A stretch of DNA of 64,000 bases from Gemmatimonadales bacterium (GCA_036559745.1 DATBSO010000184.1:14023-78022), one strand, 5' to 3'. Counted from the stretch's first letter, positions 28,374-37,504 are shown. The notes: a model not told the origin generated them from the sequence alone. Numbers and translations: made by a program.

Positions 28374-29774
28374 ATGAGACTTCTTCCGCCTATCTCCGCC
28401 CCTGCCTTCGCTGCAGGGGTCCTGCTCGCCGCCGCGACCCCTCTCTCGGCCCAGCAGGGCGCAATCGCGTCCACTTACGCGGCCGTCGCGGATAGCATCT
28501 ACCGCGCTGCCACTGGCGATAGCCTCGCCTACATCCGGCTGGGGCGTCTCGTCGACACCTTCGGCCACCGGATCAGCGGGTCGCCGAGCCTCGAGGCGGC
28601 GATCGACTGGATCCTGGCCGAGATGACGAAGGATGGGCTGGAGAAGGTGCGGGGGGAGCCGGTCATGGTGCCGCGATGGGTGCGCGGCACCGAATCCGTC
28701 GAGATGATCCGGCCGCGACCCATGCCGCTCCGGATGCTCGGCCTCGGCGGGAGCGTCGGAACGCCGAAGGCCGGGATCACAGCGCAGGTACTCGTCGTGA
28801 CCGGTTTCGAGGAGCTCGAGCAGAAGGCGTCCGAGGCAAAGGGCAAGATCGTGCTCTTCGATACCCCGTTCACCGACTACGTCGTCAGCCGCAGAGTCCG
28901 GACCGACGGGCCCTCCGCCGCGGCGCGGGTCGGCGCGGTGGCGTGTCTCATCCGCTCGGTGGCATCGTCGTCCATCCGCAGTCCGCACACCGGCGCCCTC
29001 CGGTATGACTCGACGGCCGCCAGGATTCCCGCCGCCGCGCTGAGCGTGGAAGACGCGATGATGCTGCACCGCTTCCAGAACCGCGGTGAGCGAATCGTCG
29101 TCACGCTCCGCATGGGCGCACGCATGCTGCCCGACGCGCCCTCCCGCAATGTGGTCGCCGAGCTGGTGGGTCGGACGAACCCCGATGAAGTGGTCGTGCT
29201 CGGCGGACATATCGATTCGTGGGACGTCGGACAGGGAGCGATGGACGACGGCGGTGGATCGGTGGCGGCGTGGGAGGCGGTCCGCCTGCTTCAACGTCTC
29301 GGACTCCGGCCTCGGCGGACCGTGCGGGTGGTGCTGTGGACCAACGAGGAAAACGGGGGGCGGGGATCGCAGGCGTACCACGACGCGCATGCGAGCGAGC
29401 TCGCGGGTCACGTTCTCGCGATTGAGTCGGATAACGGCGTGTTCAATCCGAAGGGCTACACCTTCGTCGGCTCCGACGCCGCGGCGAGCGTGGTCACGCA
29501 GGTGGCCGCGTTGCTCGATTCAGCCGGTATCTCGGGAGTGCAGCGGGTGCCGGAGAGCCCGGCGGCGGACATCACGCCGCTGGTCGAAGGGGGTGTGCCG
29601 GGTATGGAGCTCGATGTGGACGGAAGCCGATACTTCTGGTATCACCACACCGATGGCGACACACTGGACAAGCTCGACCCTGCCGAGATGGCCCGTTGTG
29701 TCGCGGCGATGGCGGTGATGGCCTATGTCGTCGCTGATCTGGCGGATCCATTGCCGAGGAAGACCGCGAGCTGA
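28374..29774 (+). CDS. M28-family zinc peptidase (carboxypeptidase Q-like)
   Basis: ATG 28374 gives the signal peptide MRLLPPISAPAFAAGVLLAAATPLSAQ. ..VLGGHIDSWDVGQGAMDDGGG.. and ..WTNEENGGRG.. are M28 metal-ligand contexts. Confidence 0.85.
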   Translation: MRLLPPISAPAFAAGVLLAAATPLSAQQGAIASTYAAVADSIYRAATGDSLAYIRLGRLVDTFGHRISGSPSLEAAIDWILAEMTKDGLEKVRGEPVMVPRWVRGTESVEMIRPRPMPLRMLGLGGSVGTPKAGITAQVLVVTGFEELEQKASEAKGKIVLFDTPFTDYVVSRRVRTDGPSAAARVGAVACLIRSVASSSIRSPHTGALRYDSTAARIPAAALSVEDAMMLHRFQNRGERIVVTLRMGARMLPDAPSRNVVAELVGRTNPDEVVVLGGHIDSWDVGQGAMDDGGGSVAAWEAVRLLQRLGLRPRRTVRVVLWTNEENGGRGSQAYHDAHASELAGHVLAIESDNGVFNPKGYTFVGSDAAASVVTQVAALLDSAGISGVQRVPESPAADITPLVEGGVPGMELDVDGSRYFWYHHTDGDTLDKLDPAEMARCVAAMAVMAYVVADLADPLPRKTAS

Positions 29775-29783
29775 GCGGGCAGC

Positions 29784-30416
29784 TCACAGCATGATGAGTC
29801 CGAGCCGCGCGGCGCTCACCGCCGCTTCGGCCCGGGTCGAGACGCCGAGCTTGCCGAAGATCGCGGCAACGTGCGACTTCACCGTATGGTCGGAAATTCC
29901 CAGTCGCGCGGCAATGACCTTGTTGCCGAGCCCTTCGGCCAGCATCGCGAGGACTTCGGTCTCTCGCCGACTCAACGCCTGGGTCGGAGCGGCGGGTGCG
30001 TGCGACGCCGCCCTCGGCGCGGCGGGGGCATGATCGGCGGGGATAACGGTGAGCCCCGCGGCGGCGGCGGCTACAGCGGCCGCGATCTGTATGCCCGTGG
30101 CCGTGCGGGACAGTGCTCCGCGTGCGCCGGCGCGTATCGCCCGCGTGGCCCACGCGTCGGTGGGGTCGTCGCCGAGCACCACGACCGCCGGCTCGCGACC
30201 GGCGCGGTCAGGTGGGAGGGCCAGAGGTACGGGAAGTGACTCCCCCGGCTCGAGTGCGACGAGGAGCACGTCGGCCTCCACCGTGTCGGTGAGATCGGCG
30301 GGGATGCCGGGCCACCCCGGCGCCTCGAGCACGGTGAACGAGGGATTGGCCGCGAGCAGCGCGCCGAGTCCCACGCGTACTGCGGGGGCCGCGGCCGCGA
30401 TGACGACTCTGATCAC
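29784..30416 (-). CDS. LuxR/NarL-type DNA-binding regulator with degenerate (non-phosphorylatable-looking) receiver domain
   Basis: GTG 30416 overlaps the upstream protease stop (GTGA). C-terminal HTH ..LSRRETEVLAMLAEGLGNKVIAARLGISDHTVKSHVAAIFGKLGV... In the receiver-like N-terminus the acidic pair reads AA (VVIAAAAP), the phospho-acceptor position reads A (DVLLVALEP), T/S reads G (VVVLGDD) and K reads R (GALSR). Confidence 0.8.
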   Translation of the reverse strand: MIRVVIAAAAPAVRVGLGALLAANPSFTVLEAPGWPGIPADLTDTVEADVLLVALEPGESLPVPLALPPDRAGREPAVVVLGDDPTDAWATRAIRAGARGALSRTATGIQIAAAVAAAAAGLTVIPADHAPAAPRAASHAPAAPTQALSRRETEVLAMLAEGLGNKVIAARLGISDHTVKSHVAAIFGKLGVSTRAEAAVSAARLGLIML

Positions 30417-31027
30417 GCGGCGCGCCGCCCCGGTGTCGTGAGGCCGGCCCATTCGAGGAACCGCGCGACGATGTTGAGCGGGAGCGCGTAGCCCAGGCCT
30501 CCCGCCACCAGGGTGTTGATGCCCACGACGCGGCCGTGTGCATCGGCAAGCGGGCCGCCGGAATTGCCGGGCGAGAGTCGGATATCGGCGCGGATCCAGC
30601 GGGGCTCGCCCGAGTCGTCGGACGCGACATGATGCACGACGCCGAGCGAGAGTGCATTCGGCACGCCGAGCGGATGACCGAAGGCGAGCACAAGGGCGCC
30701 CGGCACGAGCGAGGTTGCTTCGCAGTGCGCCGCGATGGGATATGTGCCGGCCGGGATCCGGAGCGCGGCGAGGTCGAGGCGGGCATCTCGCGCTGCCAGC
30801 GTCGCGTCCACCGTGCGGCCATCGGGCAGGCGCACCTCGCCCGCACGACCGCGCGCCACGTGGGCGTTGGTGACCACGATGCCGTCCGGCCGCCAGAGCA
30901 CGCCGGCACCTTCGCCCGAGCCACCGATCCTGACGCGCACCGTCACCTCGCGCAGCGCGGCGGCGACGTGCTCGAGTTCTTCTGCGATCGGCAGGGCGGA
31001 GAGCGCCGCGAAGGACGTGATCGCCAT
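30413..31027 (-). CDS. Trypsin-like serine protease (S1C/HtrA-like, no PDZ)
   Basis: 204 aa with catalytic contexts TNAHVA, DLAALRI, GNSGGPL. Separated by 2 nt from the upstream protease gene. Confidence 0.8.
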   Translation of the reverse strand: MAITSFAALSALPIAEELEHVAAALREVTVRVRIGGSGEGAGVLWRPDGIVVTNAHVARGRAGEVRLPDGRTVDATLAARDARLDLAALRIPAGTYPIAAHCEATSLVPGALVLAFGHPLGVPNALSLGVVHHVASDDSGEPRWIRADIRLSPGNSGGPLADAHGRVVGINTLVAGGLGYALPLNIVARFLEWAGLTTPGRRAA

Positions 31028-31029
31028 GG

Positions 31030-31977
31030 CTACCGTCCCCGGCGGGCGGGGCGCTCGGCAATCGTGACGGGAACGGTGACCAGTGCGCCGGCGCGAACGA
31101 TCCGGACGGCGGCGGTCTTGCCGACACGGTCAGGACCGAGCGCGGCGAGGAGGTCGGCTGGATCGGAGACCTCGTCGCCCTCGAGCGCGACGAGGATGTC
31201 GCCGAGAAGAAGTCCGGCCCGGTCGGCAGGGCCACCGGCCTCCAGGTTCACCACGACGAGGCCGCCGCGACTCCCGAGCTCGAGCTGAGCCTGGAGCGTC
31301 TCGGGAAGGAGGACGGGCTGCACCGCGAGCCCGAGGAACCCCCGGCTCATGGTGCCGGTCGACAGAAGCTGGCTCGCGATCCGATCCACCGTGCTGGCGG
31401 GAATGGCCAACGCCGTCGCGCGGGCGAGTCCCGACGTGTTGATGCCCAAGACGCGGCCTCCCGCTTCCACCAGTGCGCCGCCGGAGAATCCGTCGTAGAT
31501 GGAAAGGTCCAGGCGGACGAAGCGATCGATCCGGCCGCCTTGCCAAGTCGTCCACTCGCCAGCCACGGCGCTGACGATGCCCAGGCTGGCGGTGAGGTGC
31601 GGACCGGGGCGTCCGATGGCCAGCACCAGGCGGCCGACCTGGAGGTCGCTCTCAGCCGCCCGCTCTGCCGGTGGCACCGCGGCATCTTCGAGCCGCAGGA
31701 CGGCAATGTCGGTCGAGGGATCGCGGCCCGCGAGGGTCGCGCGTACCGAGCGGCCGCTCGCCAGCGTCACGCTGATGTCGTCGTCCCGGGTGATCGTATG
31801 GCTTGCCGTGACGACGACGCCGGGTTGCCAGACGACCCCCGAGGAGGGAATCCGGCGACGTGCGCTGATGGCGACCACCGAGCGCCCGGCGAGCTCGACG
31901 GTAGCGGCAAGGTCCCGGGACAACCCGGCGAGGGCGCCCGACGGACCAGTCGTTGATGCGGTCATGCGAAGCTCCAT
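31030..31977 (-). CDS. Trypsin-like serine protease with C-terminal PDZ domain (HtrA-like)
   Basis: 315 aa with contexts TASHTI, DIAVLRL, GFSGGAL. PDZ-like ..GGLVVVNLEAGGPADRAGLLLGDILVALEG... Confidence 0.85.
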   Translation of the reverse strand: MELRMTASTTGPSGALAGLSRDLAATVELAGRSVVAISARRRIPSSGVVWQPGVVVTASHTITRDDDISVTLASGRSVRATLAGRDPSTDIAVLRLEDAAVPPAERAAESDLQVGRLVLAIGRPGPHLTASLGIVSAVAGEWTTWQGGRIDRFVRLDLSIYDGFSGGALVEAGGRVLGINTSGLARATALAIPASTVDRIASQLLSTGTMSRGFLGLAVQPVLLPETLQAQLELGSRGGLVVVNLEAGGPADRAGLLLGDILVALEGDEVSDPADLLAALGPDRVGKTAAVRIVRAGALVTVPVTIAERPARRGR

Positions 31978-32148
31978 TGGTCTCCGGCGGACGCTCCATG
32001 CGTCTGCCGCACGCCGAACGATGCCGTATCACGATCGCCGGGACATCGGCCGAACGGGCGAGCGAGGGATCGGGCGTTCGGGCGGGGAGATCGAAACCGC
32101 CCCGTGAGTGGCTGCGTAGGCCATCCTGTAACCCCTGCGACAGGACCC

Positions 32149-34506
32149 ATGTTCCTTCCACTGCTGCTGCTGCATCTCGGCGGATTAGACGGCACCGACC
32201 CGGCCATGGTCTACAATGGTCGCGCCGGGAGCACCGAAGTGCGTGCGCCCAGGCTCGATGCGAAGGTCGAGGTAGACGGGAAACTGGATGAGCCGGAGTG
32301 GCTCCAGGCCGCGTTACTCACCGGGTTCTCCCAGTTTTCGCCGGCCGACGGCATTCCCGCGGCCGACTCGACCGAGGTGTACGTCTGGTACTCGTCGGAC
32401 GCGATCTATTTCGGTATCCGAGCGTTCGAGGCGCATGGGGCGGTGCATGCCACGCTGGCCGACCGGGACAAGATCGACGCCGACGATTACGTGCAGATTC
32501 TGCTGGGCACGTTCAACGACGGACGCCAGGCCACCGTGCTTGCCGTGAATCCTTTCGGTGTGCAGTCGGATGGCGCGCTTGTCGAAACCGGATCCACCAG
32601 CGGCAACGGATTCAACAACGCGGTGGTCCGCCGCGAGGTGGCCGACCTGAGCCCGGACTACGTGTTCGACTCGAAGGGGCGGCTGACCGACTACGGGTAC
32701 GAGGTCGAGGTCCGCGTCCCCTTCAAGAGTCTCCGGTTCCAGCCGGCGAAGGAGCAGCGCTGGAGCATCAATGTCACGCGCCGCGTGCAGCACTCGGGGC
32801 AGGAGGATTCCTGGACCCCCGCAAAGCGGGCCAGCGCGTCCTTCTTGTCGCAGTCCGGCCATCTGGTGGGCCTCACCGATCTGCAGCGGGGTCTGGTCCT
32901 CGACCTCAACCCGTCAGTCACCTCCAAGACTCTCGGTAGTCGGACCGCCACGGGGTGGGACTACTCGGGCGGGAGTCCCGAGCTCGGCGGGAGCGTTCGC
33001 TGGGGGATCACCAACAACCTCAACCTCAACGGGACAGCCAACCCGGACTTCTCCCAGGTCGAGTCGGACGCTGGACAGTTCCAGTTCGATCCGCGCAACG
33101 AGCAGTTCTTCCAGGAGAAGCGCCCCTTCTTCCTCGACGGCAGCGAGCAGTTCAACACCCTCAATACCCTCATCTATACCCGCCGGATCGTGCAGCCGGT
33201 CGCCGCCGTCAAACTCACGGGCAAAGGCCTCGGCACCGACATCGGATTCCTGTCGGCGGTGGATGACCGCGAAGCATCGGCGACGGGAGACGATCATCCC
33301 ATCTACAACCTCCTGCGGCTACAGCGGGACTTCGGCGCTGCGACACGACTGGGAATGGTGTACACCGACCGCATCGATGGCGACAATTCCAATCGCGTCG
33401 CCGGGGTGGACGGCCGGTGGGTGAAGGGCGCCTACAGCGCCCAGCTTCAGTTCGCCGGAAGCCGGACCACGAGCTTCGATGTCACGACGACAGCGCCGAT
33501 GTTCTTCGGCCGCGTCATCGCGAACGGCCGCACGTTCGGATTCCGCGCCACCGTCAACGGCTCCGATCCGGACTTCCGCGCCCGCAGCGGGTTCTTCCCC
33601 CGTGCCGGGTATTCACACGCCAACTTCCAGCCGCGCGTGTCGTTCTACGGCCCGTCCGGCAGCGCGATGGAGAACCTCACGATCGATCTCAACCTCGACG
33701 GACTGTATCGCTGGGATCAGTTCGCGACGTATGACGGCATGCAGGAGGAGAAGATCCACCTCAACGCCAACCTGGTGATGTGGGGTGGATGGCACGTCGG
33801 GGCATCGGTGCTGACGGAGCAGTTCGGCTATCCGTCGGAGGTGTATACCGATTACCGGCTCGAGCTGCCGAACGCCGCCGGCGGACTCGACACCGCCGCG
33901 TTCGTCGGACGCCACGCGATCCCCAACAAGGATTACGTGTTCACGCTCGACACGCCGGAGCTCCGTGGGTTCTCCGGCAGTCTGTTCTTTCTCTGGGGAC
34001 ACGACGAGAACTTCTTCGAGTGGGCCTCGGGAAAGATCTACTGGCTGACCCTTGCGCTCGACTGGCGGCCCACCGACAAGCTGCGACTCAGCGGCAACTA
34101 CGAGCTGCAGCAGGTGAACCGCCGCACCGACGGCAGCCTGGTCGACGTGAACCATGTTCCCCGTCTCAAGATCGAGTATCAGGCCTCGCGCCCGATCTTC
34201 ATCCGGCTGGTCGGCGAGCTGCAGAGCGACCGCCGGAGCGCGTTGCGCGACGATACCAGAACCAACGCCCCGATTCTCATTTTCGATCCCGAAGTGGGCG
34301 ACTTCGTCCGCACGACAGGGTTCAGCCGACGGTCCTTCCGCGGCGACCTGCTGTTCTCCTACCAACCGACGCCGGGGACTGTACTGTTCGCCGGCTACGG
34401 CAGCACCCTCCGTGACCCCGTGGACCCGAACGACCCGCTTCGCTCCGGGCTTCGGCGGTCGGATGATGGATTCTTTTTCAAGATGAGCTACTTGTTCCGC
34501 ATGTAG
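32149..34506 (+). CDS. DUF5916 / carbohydrate-binding family 9-like outer-membrane-associated protein
   Basis: ..VDGKLDEPEWLQAALLTGFSQFSPADGIPAADSTEVYVWYSSDAIYFGIRAF.. matches the CBM9-like N-domain. It is followed by a long beta-rich region ending ..FFFKMSYLFRM. Start uncertain (ATG 32149 or GTG 32104). Confidence 0.75.
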   Translation: MFLPLLLLHLGGLDGTDPAMVYNGRAGSTEVRAPRLDAKVEVDGKLDEPEWLQAALLTGFSQFSPADGIPAADSTEVYVWYSSDAIYFGIRAFEAHGAVHATLADRDKIDADDYVQILLGTFNDGRQATVLAVNPFGVQSDGALVETGSTSGNGFNNAVVRREVADLSPDYVFDSKGRLTDYGYEVEVRVPFKSLRFQPAKEQRWSINVTRRVQHSGQEDSWTPAKRASASFLSQSGHLVGLTDLQRGLVLDLNPSVTSKTLGSRTATGWDYSGGSPELGGSVRWGITNNLNLNGTANPDFSQVESDAGQFQFDPRNEQFFQEKRPFFLDGSEQFNTLNTLIYTRRIVQPVAAVKLTGKGLGTDIGFLSAVDDREASATGDDHPIYNLLRLQRDFGAATRLGMVYTDRIDGDNSNRVAGVDGRWVKGAYSAQLQFAGSRTTSFDVTTTAPMFFGRVIANGRTFGFRATVNGSDPDFRARSGFFPRAGYSHANFQPRVSFYGPSGSAMENLTIDLNLDGLYRWDQFATYDGMQEEKIHLNANLVMWGGWHVGASVLTEQFGYPSEVYTDYRLELPNAAGGLDTAAFVGRHAIPNKDYVFTLDTPELRGFSGSLFFLWGHDENFFEWASGKIYWLTLALDWRPTDKLRLSGNYELQQVNRRTDGSLVDVNHVPRLKIEYQASRPIFIRLVGELQSDRRSALRDDTRTNAPILIFDPEVGDFVRTTGFSRRSFRGDLLFSYQPTPGTVLFAGYGSTLRDPVDPNDPLRSGLRRSDDGFFFKMSYLFRM

Positions 34507-34539
34507 CGCCGCTCGGGGGTCGAGCGGTCGGGACGCCGG

Positions 34540-34572
34540 GCTTACGCTCCGGGCGGGAAGGACGCCGCCCGG
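34540..34572 (+). repeat. Hairpin repeat copy 1: GCTTACG-N2-CCGGGCGG-N8-CCGCCCGG
   Basis: 8-bp GC stem 34549-34556 / 34565-34572 preceded by GCTTACG. A near-identical element occurs at 34741-34774. Confidence 0.6.
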
Positions 34573-34740
34573 TGTCATCGCGCATCCGATGCGTAGGGGC
34601 AGCTCCGCGTGAGAGGGTGGCGCCCTCCGGACGCCACAGTGGCCTGCGCCCGGGTGAGGAAGTGGGAGTAACTGGCGGCCCACTGAACGCGTCCGTCCGG
34701 GCACCCCCCTCTCCCACGTCGCGCCCCCAGGCATCGAAGT

Positions 34741-34774
34741 GCTTACGACACCGGGCGGCGCAGGGCCCGCCCGG
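34741..34774 (+). repeat. Hairpin repeat copy 2: GCTTACG-N3-CCGGGCGG-N8-CCGCCCGG
   Basis: 8-bp GC stem 34751-34758 / 34767-34774 preceded by GCTTACG. Same stem sequence as copy 1, about 202 bp away in the same 400-bp intergenic spacer. Confidence 0.6.
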
Positions 34775-34908
34775 AGCGCAAGCCCGGCAGCGAGAGCAGA
34801 TCCGAAGCGCCAACCCGCGTGCACGTTTCCCCCGCTCCCGCATCGCCTGTCGGTCCCGGGCATGGACATTGCCCGCCGAGTCGCCCGTCCCCGTCCCTCG
34901 AGGCCCGC

Positions 34909-35487
34909 ATGAATCGGCCGCTCTACGCCCTCGGCTGGAGTTACGTCGCCTTGTGCGGTCTCCTGCTGATGGATGCGCGCCGCCGACCGGTGCCCTCCGG
35001 CGGCGAGCCGCCCCCGCCCGCCACGCCGTTCCGCGGTGAAGCGTCCGAGTGGTTCGCCCAGGTCAAGCCGTTCTGCAATGCCGTGGAAGTCCAGGTCCGC
35101 CAGCAGCAAGTCCCGCCCCCCGCGACCGTGGACGGTGCCGGGTACGGGGCTGCGTGTTACGCCCTGGCCGGGAAGATCGAAGAAGCCAAGAAGGTCATCG
35201 ACGGACTCGATGCCGACCAGCGCTCCCGCGCCGCGGGAATCGTCTTCGAGATCGGACACCCCGTGGCCGACGCGGGGGACGACAAGTCGGCTGGCCCGAT
35301 CATGCGTCTCGTCGTCGGTTATCAGCCCGACAACTACATGGCCCTCTACCACGCCGGGATGTCGGAGTACATCCTGGGCGAGAGCGCCTTCGCCCGGACC
35401 CACCTCAAGCAGTTCATGAAACTCTATCAGAGCGAGGACGGCTGGCGCGCCAACGCGCGCGACGTCCTCAAGCGGCTCGGCGACTGA
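34909..35487 (+). CDS. Hypothetical membrane-anchored protein, translationally coupled to the downstream kinase
   Basis: ATG 34909 gives an N-terminal hydrophobic helix LYALGWSYVALCGLLLM. Composition is protein-like (..KQFMKLYQSEDGWRANARDVLKRLGD). Its TGA (35485-35487) shares one base with the kinase ATG (35487). Confidence 0.5.
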   Translation: MNRPLYALGWSYVALCGLLLMDARRRPVPSGGEPPPPATPFRGEASEWFAQVKPFCNAVEVQVRQQQVPPPATVDGAGYGAACYALAGKIEEAKKVIDGLDADQRSRAAGIVFEIGHPVADAGDDKSAGPIMRLVVGYQPDNYMALYHAGMSEYILGESAFARTHLKQFMKLYQSEDGWRANARDVLKRLGD

Positions 35488-37316
35488 TGACCACGTCCTC
35501 ATTCCTCACGCCCGGGGCGGTGCTGGCCGGCCGCTACGAGATCCTCCGTGAGCTGGGACGAGGCGGGTACTCGGTCGTCTACCTCGCGCGCGACCAATCC
35601 GTCGGAACCGAGGTCGCCCTCAAGCTCCTCGTTCCGCCGCCGGCCGCCGCGCAGCTCGCGCGCGAGCGGATGCGGCGCGAAGTCCAGGCGGTGCGCGGGC
35701 TCTCCCACGCCAACATCGTCGCCGTGTTCGATTTTCTGGAAGACGGGCCGTGGAGCTTCATCGTCATGGAGTACATCGCCGGGCCCGACCTCCAGGTCCG
35801 CGTGCGCGAGCGTGGCCCGCTCGAGGCGGGCCAGGCCGTGCAAGTGGGGTGCGACATCGCCGGCGCGCTCACGGCCGCACACCGGCGTGGCATCCTCCAC
35901 CGCGATGTCAAACCGCCCAACGTGCTCCTCGAGCCAGATGGCCGCGCCCGTCTCACCGACTTCGGCTCCGCGAAGCTCGACGGACAGCTCGGCGTCACCG
36001 GGACGGGAGCGCTCGCGGGGACGCTGGCATACACGTCGCCCGAGATTCTCGCCGGACGGCGGGGAGATGCCCGCGCCGACGTCTACGCCCTGGGACTCAC
36101 GCTCTACTTCGCGCTCACGGGCAGTCTCCCCGAGAGTCCGTCCGCGCACCTCCCGCCTTCGCCGTCGGAGGACGGGTACCATCCGAGCCGCGTCTCGCCG
36201 GCCGTGCCGCCGTGGCTCGACGAGGTGATCGCGCGCGCCACGACGTCGGCCGCGGAGAACCGATACCCCACGGCTGCGGCGTTCGGCGAGGCGCTCGCCG
36301 CACATGGCGCATCCCCGACGATGACGCGGGACGACGCGGCGACGTGCATGCTCTGCGGCGGCCCCGACCCGCTCACGCTCGGCATCTGTCCGACATGCGG
36401 CGGGTCTCCCAGGGCGGCGGACACGCTGGTGTTCCTCGATCGCGATCGCAGCACTGTTGCGCGTCGCGCCATCGCCCTGCGCCTCGCCGTGGTGATGCCC
36501 GACCTTCGCGACGTCGATCGCGACGCGGCCGCTCGCGGTGAGCGCCCGCTCTTCCGGGTTCCCGCGGCCAGCGCGACGCGGCTGCTCGAGGAGCTCGGAC
36601 GACGCGAGCTGCCGTCCCGCACACTGTCACCCTCCGGCGCGTGGACGGTCGTTCCCGCCGGATTCTGGCTCCTGGTCGCCGCGGTCGTGGTGGCGGGGAG
36701 TACCGCTGGCATGGCGGTCCTGCCTCCGCTTCTCGCGACCACACCCATGGTCGGTGCACTCCTGGTGCTGGGCGCCCGGCGCCTCTCGCGCACGCCACTC
36801 GTTTCGCCGCCCGCCCGGCGGAGCGGTCTCGCTCCCGCCGTCGAGAACGAAGTGGTGCGCACACTGTCCGAGCTTCCGGCAGGCACCGCGCGCAGTCTCC
36901 TGTCCGACCTCGTCCGGATGTGCGCCACCCTCAGCGCACGACTGGAGCGCACCGGTGACGATCGCGGCCTGACGCCGCAGCTCGCGGATCTCCTCATGGC
37001 GGCCTGCGGGGCGGCGACCGATCTCTCGCAGCTGGACGAAAACCTCGGACGGTTCGAGCGGCAGCGAGACCGGCTCGCAGCGCTACCCGAGGGCTGGCTC
37101 GACACACTCGCCCGCTGCGAACGAACCCGCGACGCACTGGTCCAGCGCCTTCTCGAGGCCATGACCGTGGCGGGACGGCTTCAGGGACAGCAGGCCGCGT
37201 TCGCCGCGGCCACCGACGAGTCGCTCGCCGATCTGACACGCGAGCTGAGGCTCGAGGGTGAGGCTCAAGGGGCCGCGGCGAAGGAAGTGGCCGCTCTCTT
37301 CAAACGGGAGATTTGA
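35487..37316 (+). CDS. Ser/Thr protein kinase with internal zinc ribbon, two TM helices and C-terminal helical domain
   Basis: GRGGYSVVY, VALK, HRDVKPPNVLL, DFG, SPE. CMLCGG..CPTCGG. Hydrophobic helices VVPAGFWLLVAAVVVAGS and LPPLLATTPMVGALLVLG. Ala/Leu/Arg-rich helical tail. Confidence 0.85.
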   Translation: MTTSSFLTPGAVLAGRYEILRELGRGGYSVVYLARDQSVGTEVALKLLVPPPAAAQLARERMRREVQAVRGLSHANIVAVFDFLEDGPWSFIVMEYIAGPDLQVRVRERGPLEAGQAVQVGCDIAGALTAAHRRGILHRDVKPPNVLLEPDGRARLTDFGSAKLDGQLGVTGTGALAGTLAYTSPEILAGRRGDARADVYALGLTLYFALTGSLPESPSAHLPPSPSEDGYHPSRVSPAVPPWLDEVIARATTSAAENRYPTAAAFGEALAAHGASPTMTRDDAATCMLCGGPDPLTLGICPTCGGSPRAADTLVFLDRDRSTVARRAIALRLAVVMPDLRDVDRDAAARGERPLFRVPAASATRLLEELGRRELPSRTLSPSGAWTVVPAGFWLLVAAVVVAGSTAGMAVLPPLLATTPMVGALLVLGARRLSRTPLVSPPARRSGLAPAVENEVVRTLSELPAGTARSLLSDLVRMCATLSARLERTGDDRGLTPQLADLLMAACGAATDLSQLDENLGRFERQRDRLAALPEGWLDTLARCERTRDALVQRLLEAMTVAGRLQGQQAAFAAATDESLADLTRELRLEGEAQGAAAKEVAALFKREI

Positions 37317-37455
37317 CACCGTCCGTCGCATCCGTTGACAGCTCTGTCCACCGCGCTCCTGGAATGTCGTTGGATCGCTACAACGAATTCCGTTCTCGCT
37401 CTCGTGCAACCCGCTGCATGGGAGACACAACTTCAACCTCCAAGCAGGCATCGCT

Positions 37456-37504
37456 CCACACCTTGCGGTTGATCCACCACACCGCTGCTGCCCCCCTCCA
37501 CACC
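37456..37504 (+). promoter_or_regulatory. Three CCACACC heptads at exact 21-bp phasing upstream of the biosynthetic cluster (candidate regulator-binding array)
   Basis: CCACACC at 37456-37462, 37477-37483 and 37498-37504, each preceded by C(T/A). They lie in a C/A-rich stretch of the 288-bp spacer, 100-150 nt upstream of ATG 37605. Confidence 0.35.

Noticed and set aside
27456-29411. 651-aa minus-strand ORF spanning the response regulator, HEAT and M28 genes
   Set aside because: It is antisense to three genes that carry clear family motifs. Its translation is Arg/Gly/Pro/His-rich with no recognisable motif. This is a typical shadow ORF of a very GC-rich genome.
29784-31235. Single 483-aa ORF suggested by the track
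   Set aside because: Only the C-terminal 211 aa (from GTG 30416) look like a protein, the LuxR regulator. The upstream part is Arg-rich and overlaps the real protease gene 30413..31027, which lies in another frame.
33613-35502. 629-aa minus-strand ORF
   Set aside because: It is antisense to the DUF5916 gene and the small membrane ORF. Composition is low-complexity and Arg/Gly/Pro-rich, and no domain is recognised.
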